NCBI GenBank assembly: GCA_013265495.1
Contig: MU057560.1
Coordinates: 2,046,909-2,110,908 of the forward strand
DNA length: 64,000 nucleotides
Source of the DNA: Vicugna vicugna
Lineage: Eukaryota
Direction of reading: 5' to 3'
In this document: positions 1 to 57,010 of the stretch, piece by piece
Layout: each line of letters opens with the position of its first letter
Numbering within the stretch: the stretch's first letter is position 1
Position numbers and translations under genes: made by a program
The notes under the pieces: generated by a model
Told to the model about the DNA's origin: nothing
The model's database searches: none
Seen by the model: only the letters and a program-made list of their open reading frames with translations

Positions 1-1434
1 ACCTGGGCGGCACTGCATGGGGACCCGGCGCCCCCGGCTCAGCACCTCCGGATTCCTGACTCAGAAATTGTAGGCAATGATAAATTTATTGCTTTGTTAT
101 TGCCTTACAACATTGTTTTAAGTCGACAGCTTTTGCAGCAATTCTGTTACGCAGGATTGATAATGGATTAAGCCCACTCCGCCTTCACCTGGGAGGTGCT
201 GTCAGTGGGTCCGAGATTCTGAGAAAGAGAAACAAACAGAATCTGAGCGGTGGAGAAAGAGACAGGAACCGACTGCTCGTCCACAGCCAGACGCCAGACA
301 CAGCGAGCGAGGCCTGGAGGGTGGTCCCCGGGCGGTGAGAGTTCTGGTCCCTCTGGCTGTGGCGTCTGCGGGGCCCTGCGGCTCCTGGCTCTTGTGCAGG
401 AGCCCTTAAGGCCGGAGGGCCTCCCGCTGAGCACGTGGAGGCTGCAGGGCCACGGTGGGGGGTGGGTGGCCCGAGGGCGGACCCCCACCTCAGCCCAGAC
501 ACGGGCCTCATGCTAGCCAGGACCCCGAGTCTATCCAGCGTTCACCGTGTGGTCCCTTCTGTTGTCCTGCTGGGGCTCTTTCCTGCAGCTCTTTGTTGCA
601 TGTCGGAAACGCGACGTGAAGGGGCTTCTCCCCCCGGGGACTCAGGCCATGCAGGACCCGTGGGCGTGCATCTGGGTCGTGGGCAGGAACGCCACCCTCT
701 GCCTGCAAGTCGGCTGTATTCTCCACTGCAAATAAGTGGGGAGCTTGGTGTAGATGGTGTTGGGGCCTCACCTCCCACATCGCGCTACCAGAGCAGGGAC
801 TCTGCCCAGCTCTGTCCCCACGCTTCCACGCGTAGGGGGTGTCTGTGACTCCACCTGGGTGGGGAGCTCTGATGAGGGGACAGGGTCACACGGAGCCTTA
901 GTGCAGGGGCAGCCACGGGGCACTGTCCCAGGTAGCATCCCCACATGCTGAAGGGGGACCAGCTTGAGGATTTAGCCTCAGTGTCGTGTCTGGACTGGTG
1001 GGACAGAGGGGTCTCCTGCATCCTTGCAGGGAGAGAAACCGCAGCCTTTATCGCTTCGTCAGAGGAGCCCGTCCCCTTCGGTTCTGAGATGCGTCTTCCC
1101 CAGCCCCGGGCAGCCTGGGCAGTGGGGGAGACAGTGCAGTTTAGAAGAGGACAGAGACACCTTGGGTGGGAGCGGATCAGGATCTCATGCCTAATTTGGG
1201 GGCTGCAGATCCTGATGAGAACGGATGTCAGCATGGCTTTGTACCTGGGGTGTTTATCGCAGGGGCACCTGCTGCCCCCGACCTCCGTGTAGTCACAGAA
1301 CTGCCCCTACCCGGAAGCGTGGGGACCAGAGCCGGGCACCCCCCGCCCTCTCCCCTTGGGAGCCATCCTGACACGGGGCCGAGCCCTGTGTCTCCGTTGG
1401 CTTGGGCTCCCCACGTGGAACACGGCAGACCCGG

Positions 1435-1650
1435 ATTTCCCACAGCTCTGGGGGCTGGAAGTCCGAGGTCAGGGTGCGGTGTGGCTGGGTTCTGGGGAGG
1501 ACCTCTTCCTGGCTGTGTCCTCATGTGGGTCAGAGGGAGAGCCAGCCCTGGAGTCTGGGGGCACCATCCCGTCCTGGGCCTCCCTCCCAGAGGCCCCGCC
1601 TCCTAAGGCCATCGCACTGGGGACCAGGGCTTCATCCCATGGTCTGGCGG
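1435..1650 (-). mobile_element. MaLR LTR (MLT1-like) fragment
   Basis: cacagctctgggggctggaagtccgaggtcagggtg..gaggccccgcctcctaag..ggggaccagggcttca. Confidence 0.5.
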
Positions 1651-2786
1651 GACACAGCCCGCAGTGCACGCACAGCGGGTGCTGAGGAGCTTCCCTGTGG
1701 AAAACTGAAGTTCAGGACCTGTCTGCGGTGGGGACAGCAGCCTGTGCCTCCCCGAGCGGTGAGCAGCCCGTGGTGGAACCAGGGGCCTTCCCCTGGCCGC
1801 TGCGGGAGGGTGCTTCACGCCCTCAACTAGAAACCCACCAGCAGCCGTCCCACCAGCGCTTCGTCAGAGCCCTGGTCCTGTGCCCGAGATGGGGGAGAGA
1901 GCTGATTGGGAAGATGTCTGAGTGTGCATGCAGGTGGGTGTGTGTGCAAGGGTGCCCCGGACCAGGGTGCTGGGGACTCCCGGTGTCCACCCTGCCCTCC
2001 TGCCTGGGGGGCCCTGAGGCGGGAGGAGCTGGGTGGGGGCTGCAGCTGGCCCTGCTCGGTTGGGAGGACCTTTGGCAACTCCCTGGGAGCAGGTGATGTG
2101 TCTTCTCTGAGTTTCCGGTGTTCTCGGTTTTCAGCCTCAGAAGTCTTTCTCTTTCAGAGCGTCTGTCCTCTGAAATGCGGTGGTGGCACTGGAAGCCGCT
2201 GGGCGGGGGACGCCCAGGCTGGGGGTCAGGGCGGGCTCGTGCTTCAGCGCAGCGCCTGCGTGCACTGCGACCAGGTCCGGAATGGAGCCTGCTCGTCTAA
2301 GGAAAGGTTCTCTCCACCTGGACCCCTCGCCTTTGCCTTCCTTTGTTACTGTATTTTAATACCTTTATTTCCCCCCAAAATCACCTGCTCTGAAACCCAG
2401 ATAGAATCTCATCTGGGTGATACAGGAGCCTGGCAAAGGACATTCCATCAGATCAATACGATTTGCTTTCACATGTGCTTTTCTTGGGTCTGCACCACCG
2501 TTAGTGAATCCCGATGGCCGTCTGGTGGGGCAGGACGTCATTGGTGTCGCTGTGGAAGGACACGGAGAGACACAGGACTCGGATGCCCAGCAGAGACGGC
2601 CGGAGGCGCTCCTTGGAGGTCTGTCCCACGCTGCGCGCCCCCCCCCCGCCGCCACCATCTGTAGAGGTAGTCGGTGGGGGTGGGGTGGGGGCGGCGTCCG
2701 CTAGGACCCAAAAGCACGAGAGGCTGGTTGGTTGTTTCTTGCTATTTAAGCAGTCCGCTCTGACCCACGTGGATGCTATCAGCAGG

Positions 2787-3100
2787 TGTCATGGGTTGAA
2801 TACTAATCACCGAAACTGCACGTCCGCTGGCACCTCAGAATGTGCCCTTATCTGGGAGTGGGCGCTCTGCTGATGTGACTGGATGAGGCTCTCACTGAGA
2901 TCATCCTGGGCGAGGGCGGGCCCTGAGCCTGAGGTCCGGTGTCCTTCTAAGAGGGAGAGACACCGGCGATGCTCTGTGAGGACCCAGGCGGGGGTTGCGG
3001 CCGTGAGACCCTGCAGACGCCGAGGTTCAGACGTCCGGCCTGAGCGTGAGACAGGAGACCTCAGTGGTTTGCAGCTGCTACAGCGGCTTCAGAAAACTAA
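2787..3100 (+). mobile_element. MaLR LTR (MLT1-like) fragment
   Basis: tgtcatgggttgaat..cctcagaatgtgcccttatctgg..ggtgtccttctaagag. Confidence 0.55.
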
Positions 3101-4539
3101 CAGTCTTGTTCCCCATTCTTCAAACGAGAGCCCCGCGGCTCCGAGGGCTCAGTGCCCACCCAGGGCCCCAGGCCGGCGGGGGAAGGGTGGGCCCCGGGCT
3201 GGGTGTTTATCTTGTGGTGGGGGTGCGGCTTACGGGGGACCCGGCACACCTACGGGGGCAGGAGGTGGGCCTGGGCGCTCCCAGGGGCCCTGGGCTGTCG
3301 TCTGGTGGTTGGCCCGCCTCTCAGCCCTTTCCCCGTGGCCGCCTGGCCTTGCGGTTCTGCTCCAGGGACGTCTCTGTCTCTGCACCCTTCACTGCCCCCG
3401 GCCCCCCGGCCCCGGGCCCTGCAGCACAGGGGCACCTAGGTCACGTCCTAACTACAGAATCCTTAGTGGAGGCCTCCTGACTGGTGGCCGGCGTCCACTC
3501 TGCTGTCCGGCCACACGTGGCCACCCCGGGATCACAGTCACCCTCTGGGTGCCCGAGTGTTGTCTTCTGGCCCATATCCGCGTGGTCTTCCCAGGGTGTC
3601 CTTCGTGGGCTGTCCTGGCGTCTTCCCGGCTGAAGCGAGTCTCCCCTGCTCCCTCTCCCGCCCTGCCCAGAACCCGCCAAACTCCGTGCTCTTCTGCAGT
3701 AACTAGGGGGGCTCACTGTGGGGACGGTGCCCACACCCCAGCACGACCCTGCGTGAGGGTCCCTAACAGTCCGAGGCGCTCCCTGATCGACAGTAACTGG
3801 AAAGGTTGACTCCGTCTTCTGGGAGGGGTCATGGGTGTGGGGGAACTGGTGTGTGTGTATATACCTGATTTGCTCATAAATGCCCAGCTCGTGAATAGCA
3901 CACGCATGAGCCTGTGTGATCTCACACAGGTGTGGTACCCACATTTTACACACGAGAAGCTGGCCTAGAGCCCAGGAGGTCACTTGGTCACCGGCAAGCA
4001 GGGCCGGACAGCATGGGGCCACAGGCCAGGTTTACCTCCTGTCTGGCCCCAGAGCTTCACCTGGGAGCAGCTGGCAGGAAGGAGGGGGGATGGGAGCGGG
4101 TACCACTTGACCCTGCGTTGGTGAAGGAGGAAGTGCGGGCCCTCCGTGCCCACCCCCACTTCCCAGAGGGAGGGGGTCCCCCTTCCTGGGCCAGTGGGAG
4201 CTTGGGGAAGGGAGGGGCTGGCCCCCTTCTGCAGGTGAGGGCGGGAAGGAGGGACTGCCCCACTCCCACAGGGGCCCTGCCTGTGAGAGGTATCCCCCCG
4301 CATCCTCTTCCTTGCTCTCTGCTTCTTTCTCCTGCAGGTGGGACAAGGCTCAGGACCTGTGGGCCTCTCTGCCCCTGCCTCCCCTCCGGAAGTTTTATCT
4401 CCGTGGGTAATCATCCCACAGGGTGGTGGGTGGCCCCTTCACCGCTCCACCCGGCCTCTCCAGTCTGTCAGACCCTCGCTGTTTCCATGATTGAATCTTC
4501 ACATTATGTTCATTTCTGTACATGTTTGTTACATGTGTT

Positions 4540-4820
4540 CAGTGCTGCCCAGCAAAAATTTAATAGGAGACACACATGCAATTTAGAATTTTCTAGGAGC
4601 CACGATAAAGTTTTAAAAAAGATCTTAATTTGAACGATAGATTTAATCTAACATACACGTCGATTTAGCAGGTAATAATGTAAGATTCTCTCAGTACTAG
4701 TGAGAGATTCTTTCACCACGTGTTCTGTGCAGCCTCTGGGGCACCCTGACGCGGGACCCGCCACGCTCTGGTGCCCCGTGTGGGTGGCTGTGGGCGCTGG
4801 GCCACGGTGCACAGCTCGGG
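4540..4820. mobile_element. hAT-Charlie DNA transposon remnant (MER33-like)
   Basis: cagtgctgcccagc..aatttagaattttctaggagccac. Confidence 0.45.
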
Positions 4821-7206
4821 GCTGCCCTGGCCCTTGGCGCTGTCCGTGGTCCTTACGCACCTCCTGAGAGTGATGACGGCCTCCGCCTGGAGGGTCGGCT
4901 GTGCGGACCGGGTGTGGTGACCCGAGCCCATGAGAGGCAGGGTGGTCTGTGCGCCCTGCACTGTCCTTGGCCGGCCAGCCAGGCCTCGCCCACGGTGTCA
5001 GCGCTGCTCCCCGCAGCCGGTGAGGCCCCAGGGGGCACGCACCCCTGAGAGTCCCTGTGTCCTGACGCAGGACTGGGAGGGACTGTCTCACTTCTGTGGC
5101 ACAGAAACTTGGCCGGGAGGCCAGCAGAGCCAGTGCTCTAGCCAGCCCGGTGGTGGGAACCGTCCTAAACTCGTCCTCAGTCACTTTGTACTTCCAGAAA
5201 TTGAGGTAAAACTTAAGGATAATATAAAAACACCATTCTGAAAAGAAGACTAGCCCTGCAGACACAGTGAGTCTCCCAGGACCCCCTTCCTCACTCCGCG
5301 GGGACGTCACTCTGATGCGCCCGCGGTCCCCACACCTGTCTTCACCCAGTTCTGCAAACATGCATCTACAAATGTATATACTCCTGTACCTTTAATATAA
5401 ATGGCGCTTCATTGTATATATAACCCTAACGTTAACTATTCCAGAAGCTTTTACATATGCCTGCATTAATATGTGCAGCTCATTCCTCTTAATCGCTGTA
5501 TATATATATATATCATTAAATTACAGAGCACGTCACACTTTCACTATGATTTTTAATTTACTATATCTTTTAAAGGCAAAACACTTACCAATTTTGATGA
5601 TGATTTCCTTTGGTTATAAAAACAAAATACACACATACAAAATACACACATACTCATTATGTGGAAAAATCTGAAGTTCAGAGTCATAGAAGGGAAAATT
5701 AAAATGCCCTTTTATGCCCATCCGTCCTGTGACTAGTTAACACTTAATACTACTTTTCAGCCCTTTCTAGTAAAGTTTATTTTTGCAATTATTTATGTAA
5801 ATACACATTTCTTTTGAGTATTTTTCCATGTCATTAACTTTTTAAACAATACGATCTTAGTATTTTAAATAATATGATCTTAATACTGCATAAACTCCTT
5901 TCAGGAATATGTGGCAATTAATTAATGAAACCACTCTCCAATTTTTCAGTATTTTACTATTGTAAATAAAATTTTTTGACTCAATTGCCAATTTCTTTTC
6001 CAGAAATGCCGCATCTTTCCTTGCCTACAGGCCAGCTCTGAGCGTGTGTTCTGACGAGGCTCACCCATCTCAGGGACCCGAGAGGCCCTGGGCTGGAGCT
6101 GGATGGGCACAGCCCGGCCTCCTGCCTGGTGTCTAGCTCAGCCCGATGGGGGTGTGGGGCCATGCTCATTCCTCCACTCGCGGGACTTCATGGAGGTGGC
6201 CCGAGAGACCTGGGGGGACTCACCTGAGCAGGAGGAGGGCTGCGTGGCCCCGGCTGAGTTCCGCTCTTTCCGGGCAGGGCGGGCTCCAGCCTCTTGCTGG
6301 GGGGGCTGGCACCTCTTGTCCAGGCCCCACAGCTCTACCTGAACAGAGCTTGTGTCCCCTAATGAAACGCGGAGGACAAGCTGAAATAGCATTGAACAGC
6401 AGGTGCCCAGGTTTGAGAAAGCTGAGCCTGGGTGGTTTTCCCGCAACAGGAGAAACATGAGAAAGCAGGTCGGCTTCTGAACGGGCGACAGTTTCGGCCT
6501 CAGTGAGTGCAACACCGGTGAAACCGCTACGGGTGCTGCCGAGCGCACCTTCACAAGCAGCCCGTCCGCTCGGCCCCGTGCGCGGGGGAGGCGCTGCTCC
6601 GCCTTCTGGCATGTTGACAGTCCCCCGTGTGTGTTCCCAGGGGCACGAGTGTGGTTTAGCCCTCCGCCCGCCCGGAGAGGGGCCCAGCAGGCGCCACCAC
6701 GTGTGTCCTTGGTCATTTACTGAAGGCCCCAGAGTGAGGACCCGGCGCCCAGTGGGCTGGGGGTCAGGGGACCGCTTCCAGGCCGTGGAGGATGTGTGGT
6801 GAGGTGAGCTGGGTATTTAAAGGGCCCTTGCCAGACGTCCTTTAATAGAGTGAAGAAATTGTCAGGTACATTAGATGTTTTAAAAGCAGGGGTGAGTGAC
6901 CATGTAAATATGAAAGCGGATGCCCTGACATTCAGATATGAGAACAACCCCCACCCCGTTTGGACCACCTCTTGGCCCTGCTGTAACCGAGCAGGACCCT
7001 GCTGTCACTGGTGACCTGACATCTGCAGTGGTGTCTGTACCTGCTTGGCTGTGTCATGGTTACAGGGTTGTTCTCAGGCTCTTGCCGACCAGGCTGGGCT
7101 GGAGAGGACGGAGGACAGGGTGGTCCACCCAACCCCCTCATGGTGCTGTGTGCAGGGGTCATGCTCAGTGTCCTTGCTCCTGACCCCTTGTGGTTTCCTT
7201 GTGTCC

Positions 7207-7682
7207 TGTTCTGGCTGCAGGCCTCAGCCTACAGTAGGAGGTCCCCGGCCTCAGCTGCCTAAAAGGCTAAAAGCATTTATCAACCTGACTTTAGATGCAC
7301 AAGTTCTTCTCTAGAGCTATTTTCCATAGAGCCTCTCCCTGTGCATCCTTTGTTCCAAGCAGAAGAATATTAAGAGTCCTAAAGCAGGAGGTGAACTTCA
7401 CACCCTGCAGGAGGAAGGGGACCCCTGCATCTGCAAAAACAAGAACAACTTTGCAACAACTTGTTACCCTGTGTGTGATCTCTATGGAAACCAGCTCTGC
7501 CCCTTGAACCCTTAAACTTTTGCTATAAACCCCCTGCCTTCTCTCCCCACAAGGCTCACAGTCTCAGCCCACTGTGACCTCCTCTACCTGGCAAAGAAAT
7601 GACGCTGCCTTTCTACTTCATCCAAAACTGTCCTCAAGTCTCAGTTCAGTAAGCAGGGTGTGGAGGCCATGTTTCGGAAACA
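7207..7682 (+). mobile_element. Solo LTR (ERV1-like)
   Basis: TG...CA ends, TATAAA at 7524-7529, terminal tttcggaaaca typical of ERV LTR ends; no clear TSD. Confidence 0.5.
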
Positions 7683-8165
7683 CTGCTTGCACCCACTTTC
7701 AATGCTCACCCTGTTTTGTGCACTAGGAGACCCTTTGTTCCCGACTGCCTCAGATGCACCCCCCACCCTAACCCAGCCCGGCTCCCTGTGATGTGCAATC
7801 CCCCCCACCCCCCACCAGGCTGGTCCACGGTGTCGGCACAGGCTGGAGAAGGACCGGGGCAGCAGAAGGGATGCAGTCAGCTGTGGGGTGCAGGAGGAGG
7901 ATGGGTGGGGCCTAAGGTGTTCCTCCTCCAGAACATCCAGGCACCGAGCGAGAGTGCTGTCTGTGTCCTTGCTCAGTGCTTCTCTGAGGACGTTCAGAAT
8001 TAGTCCATGAAGCAGACCGGCTTCCTGGCGTAAACAGGAGGGCCCGAAGCGTCCCAGACTTCTCCATGGGAGATGCCCTCCCCCATGCTGTGTTCACCCC
8101 ACGGGCAAACTGCCCGACTGCCGCGGCCTTCTCAAGACGCGCTCGCAGACACGGGTGGGGGAGCT

Positions 8166-8171
8166 TTTATT
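8166..8171 (-). terminator. Polyadenylation signal AATAAA of TRAPPC12
   Basis: tttatt on the + strand, about 45 nt downstream of the stop codon. Confidence 0.75.
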
Positions 8172-8215
8172 GGGTCACACGTTAGCGCCGGTGTCTGCGC
8201 GCACAGGCTGGAGCC

Positions 8216-51309
<43,094 letters not shown>

Positions 51310-51419
51310 GGTCGCCTGAAACAAAGACAAGCAGCCGTTAGTCTCCTCAGCTTTCTGTCTCAGCTACTGTTAAGCTGGTTTTGTCTTATTAACATTGTTT
51401 TTTATTTATAAAAATGAAA

Positions 51420-51680
51420 TCATGTCATTATAACGGTGCAATGTGTCATTATTTGTTCAAATCCACAGACTGCATGACACCAAGACTGCACCATGGTGTA
51501 AGCTATGGACTCTGGGTGATGACGTGTCAACGCAGGCTCATCAGCTGCAACACGGGGGGGACGTGGCCAGCGGGGGAGACTGCACCATGTGAGGGCAAGG
51601 GCGTCACGGGAAATCTCTGTACCCTCTGCTCCATTTTGCAGTGAATCTGAAACTGCTCTAAAAAATAAAAGTCTATAAAA
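51420..51680 (+). mobile_element. Old L1 (L1MC/MB-like) 3' end
   Basis: ctatggactctgggtgat..gggaaatctctgtacc..aaactgctctaaaaaataaaagtc. Confidence 0.6.
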
Positions 51681-51749
51681 AATGTTTATCGGTGTACCGG
51701 CTATATGTTCAATGGTTTAAAATTCGATAGCCTCCATTTCTCCAGCCGT

Positions 51750-52470
51750 TTATTTATTTTTTGGTAAAAGACACATCGCACATCTATCATCTTTGTCATT
51801 TTCAAGTGCACCGTTCAGCGGTATTAATTACATTCACTTTGTTGTGCACCCATCATCTCCATCCATCTCCAGAACTCTTCTCCACCTGCAGAACTGGAAC
51901 TCTGCACCCAACAAACAATAACTCCCAATTTCCTCCCCCAACCCAGCCCCTGGCAAGCACCATTCTGTGTCCATCTCTCTGAATCTGGCTACTCCAGGGA
52001 CCTCACGTACGTGGAATCACAGGGTGCTTGTTCTTTGGGGTTCGGGTTATTTCGCTTAGCATGCCCTCGAGGCTCACCCACGTTACAGCATGTCAGAATC
52101 TCCTCGTTCATAAGGCTGAGAAATACCCCATTGTGTGTACATACACATTTGTTTATCAGTTTATCTGTTGATGGTCACAGGTTACTTCTATCTTTCGGCT
52201 GCTATGAAAACAGCTGATAAGAACATGGGTGTACAAGTATCTCTTCGAGACCCTGCTCTCAGCTCTTTTGGGCAGACGCCCAGGAGTGGGATTGCTGGAT
52301 CATTCATATGGCAGTTCTGTTTTTAATTTTGTGAAGAACCACCCAAACTATTTTCCACTGGTTGTTTCCATTTCCCATTCCAAGAGGGTACAGGAGTTCC
52401 AATTTCTCCACATCCTTTCCAGCACCACTAATTTTCTGTCTTTTTGATAGTAGCCATCCTGATGGGCGTG
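51750..52470 (-). mobile_element. Old L1 (L1MB-like) 3' region
   Basis: ccatctccagaactctt..agcccctggcaagcaccattc..gagtgggattgctggatca..tttttgatagtagccatcct. Confidence 0.7.
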
Positions 52471-55339
52471 AGGTCTCAGCCTTTCAAACCCTACTTACTC
52501 CTAAAGACACACTGCAGTCCACACTCGGCCTGAAGCCTTCCCAAGACACTGCAGCCTACAATCACCCTTCCATCCTCCTGAGCGCGTAACGCTGTTTGCT
52601 TAGCTCCGGGAATCTGAGACAGTGAGGCGGCGTGAGCAGGAGCAACAGCAAGGACAAACCAAGCTCCCCGAGGTGAAGCTGAGGCACCGAAACGGGAGGG
52701 CATTTGTGGCACTTGCTACGTCCTGACGCTGGGCTAAGTGCTCTTCCTTCCCGACCCTCTGACAGCCCCGTGGAACGGCTGCTGTCACGTGCTTCACGGT
52801 GCAGCGAGGAGCCTGAGGCTCAGACAGGAGTGGCGCCTGCCCCCGATCACACCGCGGGTGGGCTGAGAAACCAGGACCAGTCGAAGCTGAAATGTTGGGT
52901 TGACGCTGGCAGGTGGAGGCCACAGAGTGAAACAAGGACTCTGAACCCTAAAGCAGTATTTGTTCCTTTCCGCGAAGAGCTTCCAGGAGCAAAAGTTACG
53001 TGCATAGTTCTCCTCTCGTAGTGAACAAACTCAAGTAAGGAGACAAGGACTATGATGCAAGATGTGTGTTTTTCCAGAAAAAAACACTAGTGACTTTCAG
53101 CTGATCTCTGGGTAGGATTCCTTTTCTTCTCTCTGTCAACACTTTCATCACAGTCTTCGAAATTCGCTGTCCTTCCCTTTTACGGCTGGAGCACTCGAAG
53201 ATCCAAAAGCAAGTTTATTTTAGAGTCAAAGTTACATATTCTGGAGAAGTTTCTCGTCCAGGATAGTCAGTTACTAATCTTCCCATTTATTACATGTTCA
53301 CTTAGTAACTATTAGCTTTAAACAAGTCAAAATGACCAAGAAAAGGAGCAAAAGCCCCTGTCCCTGTAACGTTTCCCAGGGAGCGCGGACTGGCGGCTGC
53401 TCAGGGACATGAGTGCACGCACCCCCACGAGGAAGGCTCTTCCCTGGTCCTCCCCACGCAGGACACAGAGGCTGAGCATGAAGACCGTGGAAACGGCAAC
53501 GCCTTGGTTTAACCTCCACAACCGCCGGACGAGAGACAGGCATCAGCTGCCCTAACACACAGACGGGGACACCGGGACCAGGGGAGAGACGGGACTCGTC
53601 TGCACTCACTGTTAGAAGGCGACACAGCCAGGAACCAGCCCGGCCCCTCCGCACGAGCCCCTGGGGACGGAGGTATTCCCAGTGCCCGGCACCCAGGCTG
53701 CTGGACTGAGCCCTTCTCAGAATGAAAACAGCTCAGATCATAATGCCAGCTCCTCCGGGACTACATTAGTGGACACTTGTGGAATAACGCAGGATGTAAG
53801 AAAAGGTCCAACGCGTACAATTACAGGAAAAGGTAACGAACATCAGAACTCGCAAAATCACACAGAAGCTTTTCTTTCTGTGTAGGGAAACTTGAGACAT
53901 TTCCACTCTTCAGCAGAAATTGCCGCCAGTCGAGGTTAACTTGGGTGTATTACAAGACACAGAGTAAAACAGGGTACTTAGGAAAGGCTGTCCACAGGTC
54001 ACCCTGAACTGCTTTCCACCAGACGATGCAGCAAGAGAAGGCTTGTCACTGCCAAGACCCACTGACCACGGGAACTGGACCACAGCGACAAGGAAATGCT
54101 TCAGCAGTAAGTAAAGAAACTCAGAATAAATCTATGATTCTAAACAATCTGACCTGCGAAATGGCCAAAGATTTTCGGAAGGGACAGTTGCTGGGGAATG
54201 TCAGGGAAATGTACTTGCTGGTAAGGGGAATGGCCCTTTCTGAAGAACAGGGAGGCAAAGAATAAAACACTGGGACAAGCAATTCTGTCTTTACCAACTC
54301 ACCCAAAATACGTTTTAAAAGAAATCATCTTCTGAAAGGAAGAAAGCCGACCAAAAAGGAACAGTCTTTCAAGTCAATGCTGAAGTTTGTCACTATGTTT
54401 TCATTCTCTTCAGTAACCTTGTTACTAATCCAGTCTCATTTAGAAAATCAGCTTCCATTTCCTAGTGACACTGTTACCACAGATGTTGCCCAACCCAGAG
54501 TAAAAATTAAACTGTTTACCTTAGTTTCTCAATAGAAACTACACATTTCTTAAAAACCACTGGCAAAGCAGGAGGGCCACAGAGACTCAGACACCAGCAT
54601 AAGGCAGCACTGCCCTGCTGTCAAGGGGCCAAGCCCGGAGATGACCGAGAGGAAACTGAGCAACTGTGGCCTCCACGCCCCGGGAGGCGTCAGATGGGAA
54701 GGGACTGCGGTGGAAGCGCATCTCGGGTTTCTTGCTTCTTTCATTAGAAACCTCAGAAGGTTCTTGCTGGCCTCCCTGACTCTTCCGAAGGTACATTTTC
54801 TACAAACAATTCTTACTAATTATTGAGTGGCTACAAAACAATGTTTGTAACCTGTAGCTAAGACAATACACCCTAATACCCACTTCCTTCTCCTTCCAGA
54901 GCTAATATTCTGAGATTTGTTGTACTCGTTTTTCTTTAATTTTCCACATTTATTTCCTCAAACAATGTGTTATTGACTTTTTTCAGTTTTTGACTTAATT
55001 TGCCCTCCCCACTTTGAGCCTTGAGGTTCATCCTGGGAAGGGGCGTGGGGCTGTGACTCACTCATCTGTGCTGCTGACGCTCTGCTGTGTGACGGTGTCA
55101 CCACCTCACTCTTCTGTTGACGGATGTTTGAGGTGTCAGGTTTTTGAATCTAGTGCTGCTATAAATACTCTTGTACACGCCTCCCTCTGTATGTGTGTGC
55201 GCAGTGGATCACAGAGAATCCACCCCTTTATCAGATAACGCCAAATTCTTCCCTAAGTGCTTGTACCAATCCACACACTTAGTAGTGGTATGTAAATATT
55301 CTTGTTCAACATATTCACTACACTTGACATTGTTAGATT

Positions 55340-55432
55340 TAGATTTTTTTTTTTTATGGAAGGACTAGGGACTGAAGCCAGGACTTTGTGTGTGCTAAGC
55401 ATGCACTCTACCACTGAACTCTACCCTCCCCC
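55340..55432 (-). mobile_element. tRNA-derived SINE (camelid Vic-1 type, short)
   Basis: Poly-T followed by ..gtgtgctaagcatgcactctaccactgaactctaccctcccc; flanking repeat ttaga(t/c)tta. Confidence 0.75.
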
Positions 55433-56679
55433 TGATATTTTTAGACTTAATATCAAGAATACATTAAAATTCTTTCAGATCAATAGGACAGTAAATGATC
55501 CAACAGAAAAATATCTGAAACAAAGATCCAAACAGTGAAAGAGACCCACATTTCACAAACACATGTCCAGTGACTTCCTCAGCCATACAAATTGATTTTT
55601 CTAGGATGATTCCACTTTATACCCATGGTTTCTGTAAAATTAAGCACCTCTTTTCACTCTCACGAGTCCTGGTTGAGACAAAAGGGGTCCCATTATCTAT
55701 GTATCATAGAGGAAGTTCTACACATGGGCACCATAAGCACTGACTGTGAATGTTACAAACAGCAAATCCAAACAAAATACTGCCCCCTTTCCAAAGTCCC
55801 CAAAATAAAAATCTGGAACAACCACTCCCCAAACACAGCATAATAAATGAAGAAATGGTAGTATATTAAAACGGAATATTACACAGCAGTGAAAACGAAC
55901 AAGCCATCCCATATTGAAGGCATCACTGTCTAAATCCCACAAACCTAATTTGGCAGAAGGAATGGGGAGAAATATAAACAGTCTGATTTTCTACACAAAT
56001 TTCAAAACATGTAAATTAAACTATATACTATTTTAGGAATACAAACACAAAACCATGGTGATGATACTACCCAGTTCAGTTGGGGAGGGGGTGGAGGTGA
56101 TGGCAAGGGAAGGTCTGACTAGGGAGGGACATAGGGGCGTCCAAGCCATTGGCAATGCTGACGGTAGAACTTTGGGTCAGGATCACACTTGACCTTCATG
56201 TCTTCCACGTGTATTACATCCAAGCTTTATATTTCATAATCTCAAAATGGAAAAGCATGTGTATCCGTCCTTGACTTCTTTGTGATATAAAATCTTTGCT
56301 TCTTCTACTATTGGCTTAATAAAAATTATTCATAGACATGATATAATGGACACGATTTTAAGCTTATTATGCCAGCATCAAAATGCTTGCAAAGAAATCC
56401 GACTTTCTCTTTGTCCAGTTGAGTGCTTTGCACAATGAGCTTAACTAGCCTTAAAACATCTTTTAAGTACTAACTTTAAGTGGCTTAAATTCACTAAGAA
56501 CAATGAAAACTGTTGCTGTTCCGGCTCCCTTTCTGGACATAAGACTCCGGAATTACAAATCTTTGACCTGTTTCCATGAAAGAACTATGCATGTAGTAGG
56601 GATTTAAGCATATATTTAGAAAAGCCCTCATGTAAAGAACACCCAGAACAGATCAAGCATTTTACATGTTTTCTTACTT

Positions 56680-57010
56680 AATCCTCAGGATCAACTTATT
56701 AAGTATCAGCTTGATCATACAGCAGAGAAAACCAAGTGACTTGCCCAAAGTCACAGCACCAGTACTTGATGTGACAGGTGTTCCTGCCTCCGCTCTCCTT
56801 GTAAGGTTGCCGGGATACATTCTGATTCAGAGCTGTGGATGAGGCAGAAAGAGCACTGAACACGGCTCTGAATAACTGTCGGAGTCCTGGCTTCACTACT
56901 CAATAAAGTGACCTTTAAAAATGATTAGTCTCGGCTTAGTCCTGGCTTCCCCATCTGTAAACTGGGATAATGAGGATTAAACAGCAGCTGATGCACAGGG
57001 AGGGTTTAAA
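56680..57010. mobile_element. MIR fragments
   Basis: aagtgacttgcccaaagtcacagc; cttccccatctgtaaactgggataat. Confidence 0.55.

Noticed and set aside
1..8100. Possible exons of the next gene (ADI1 by mammalian synteny) and 250-300 aa ORFs downstream of TRAPPC12
   Set aside because: No recognisable ADI1 peptide; the ORFs are GC-rich noise overlapping LTR/MER remnants.
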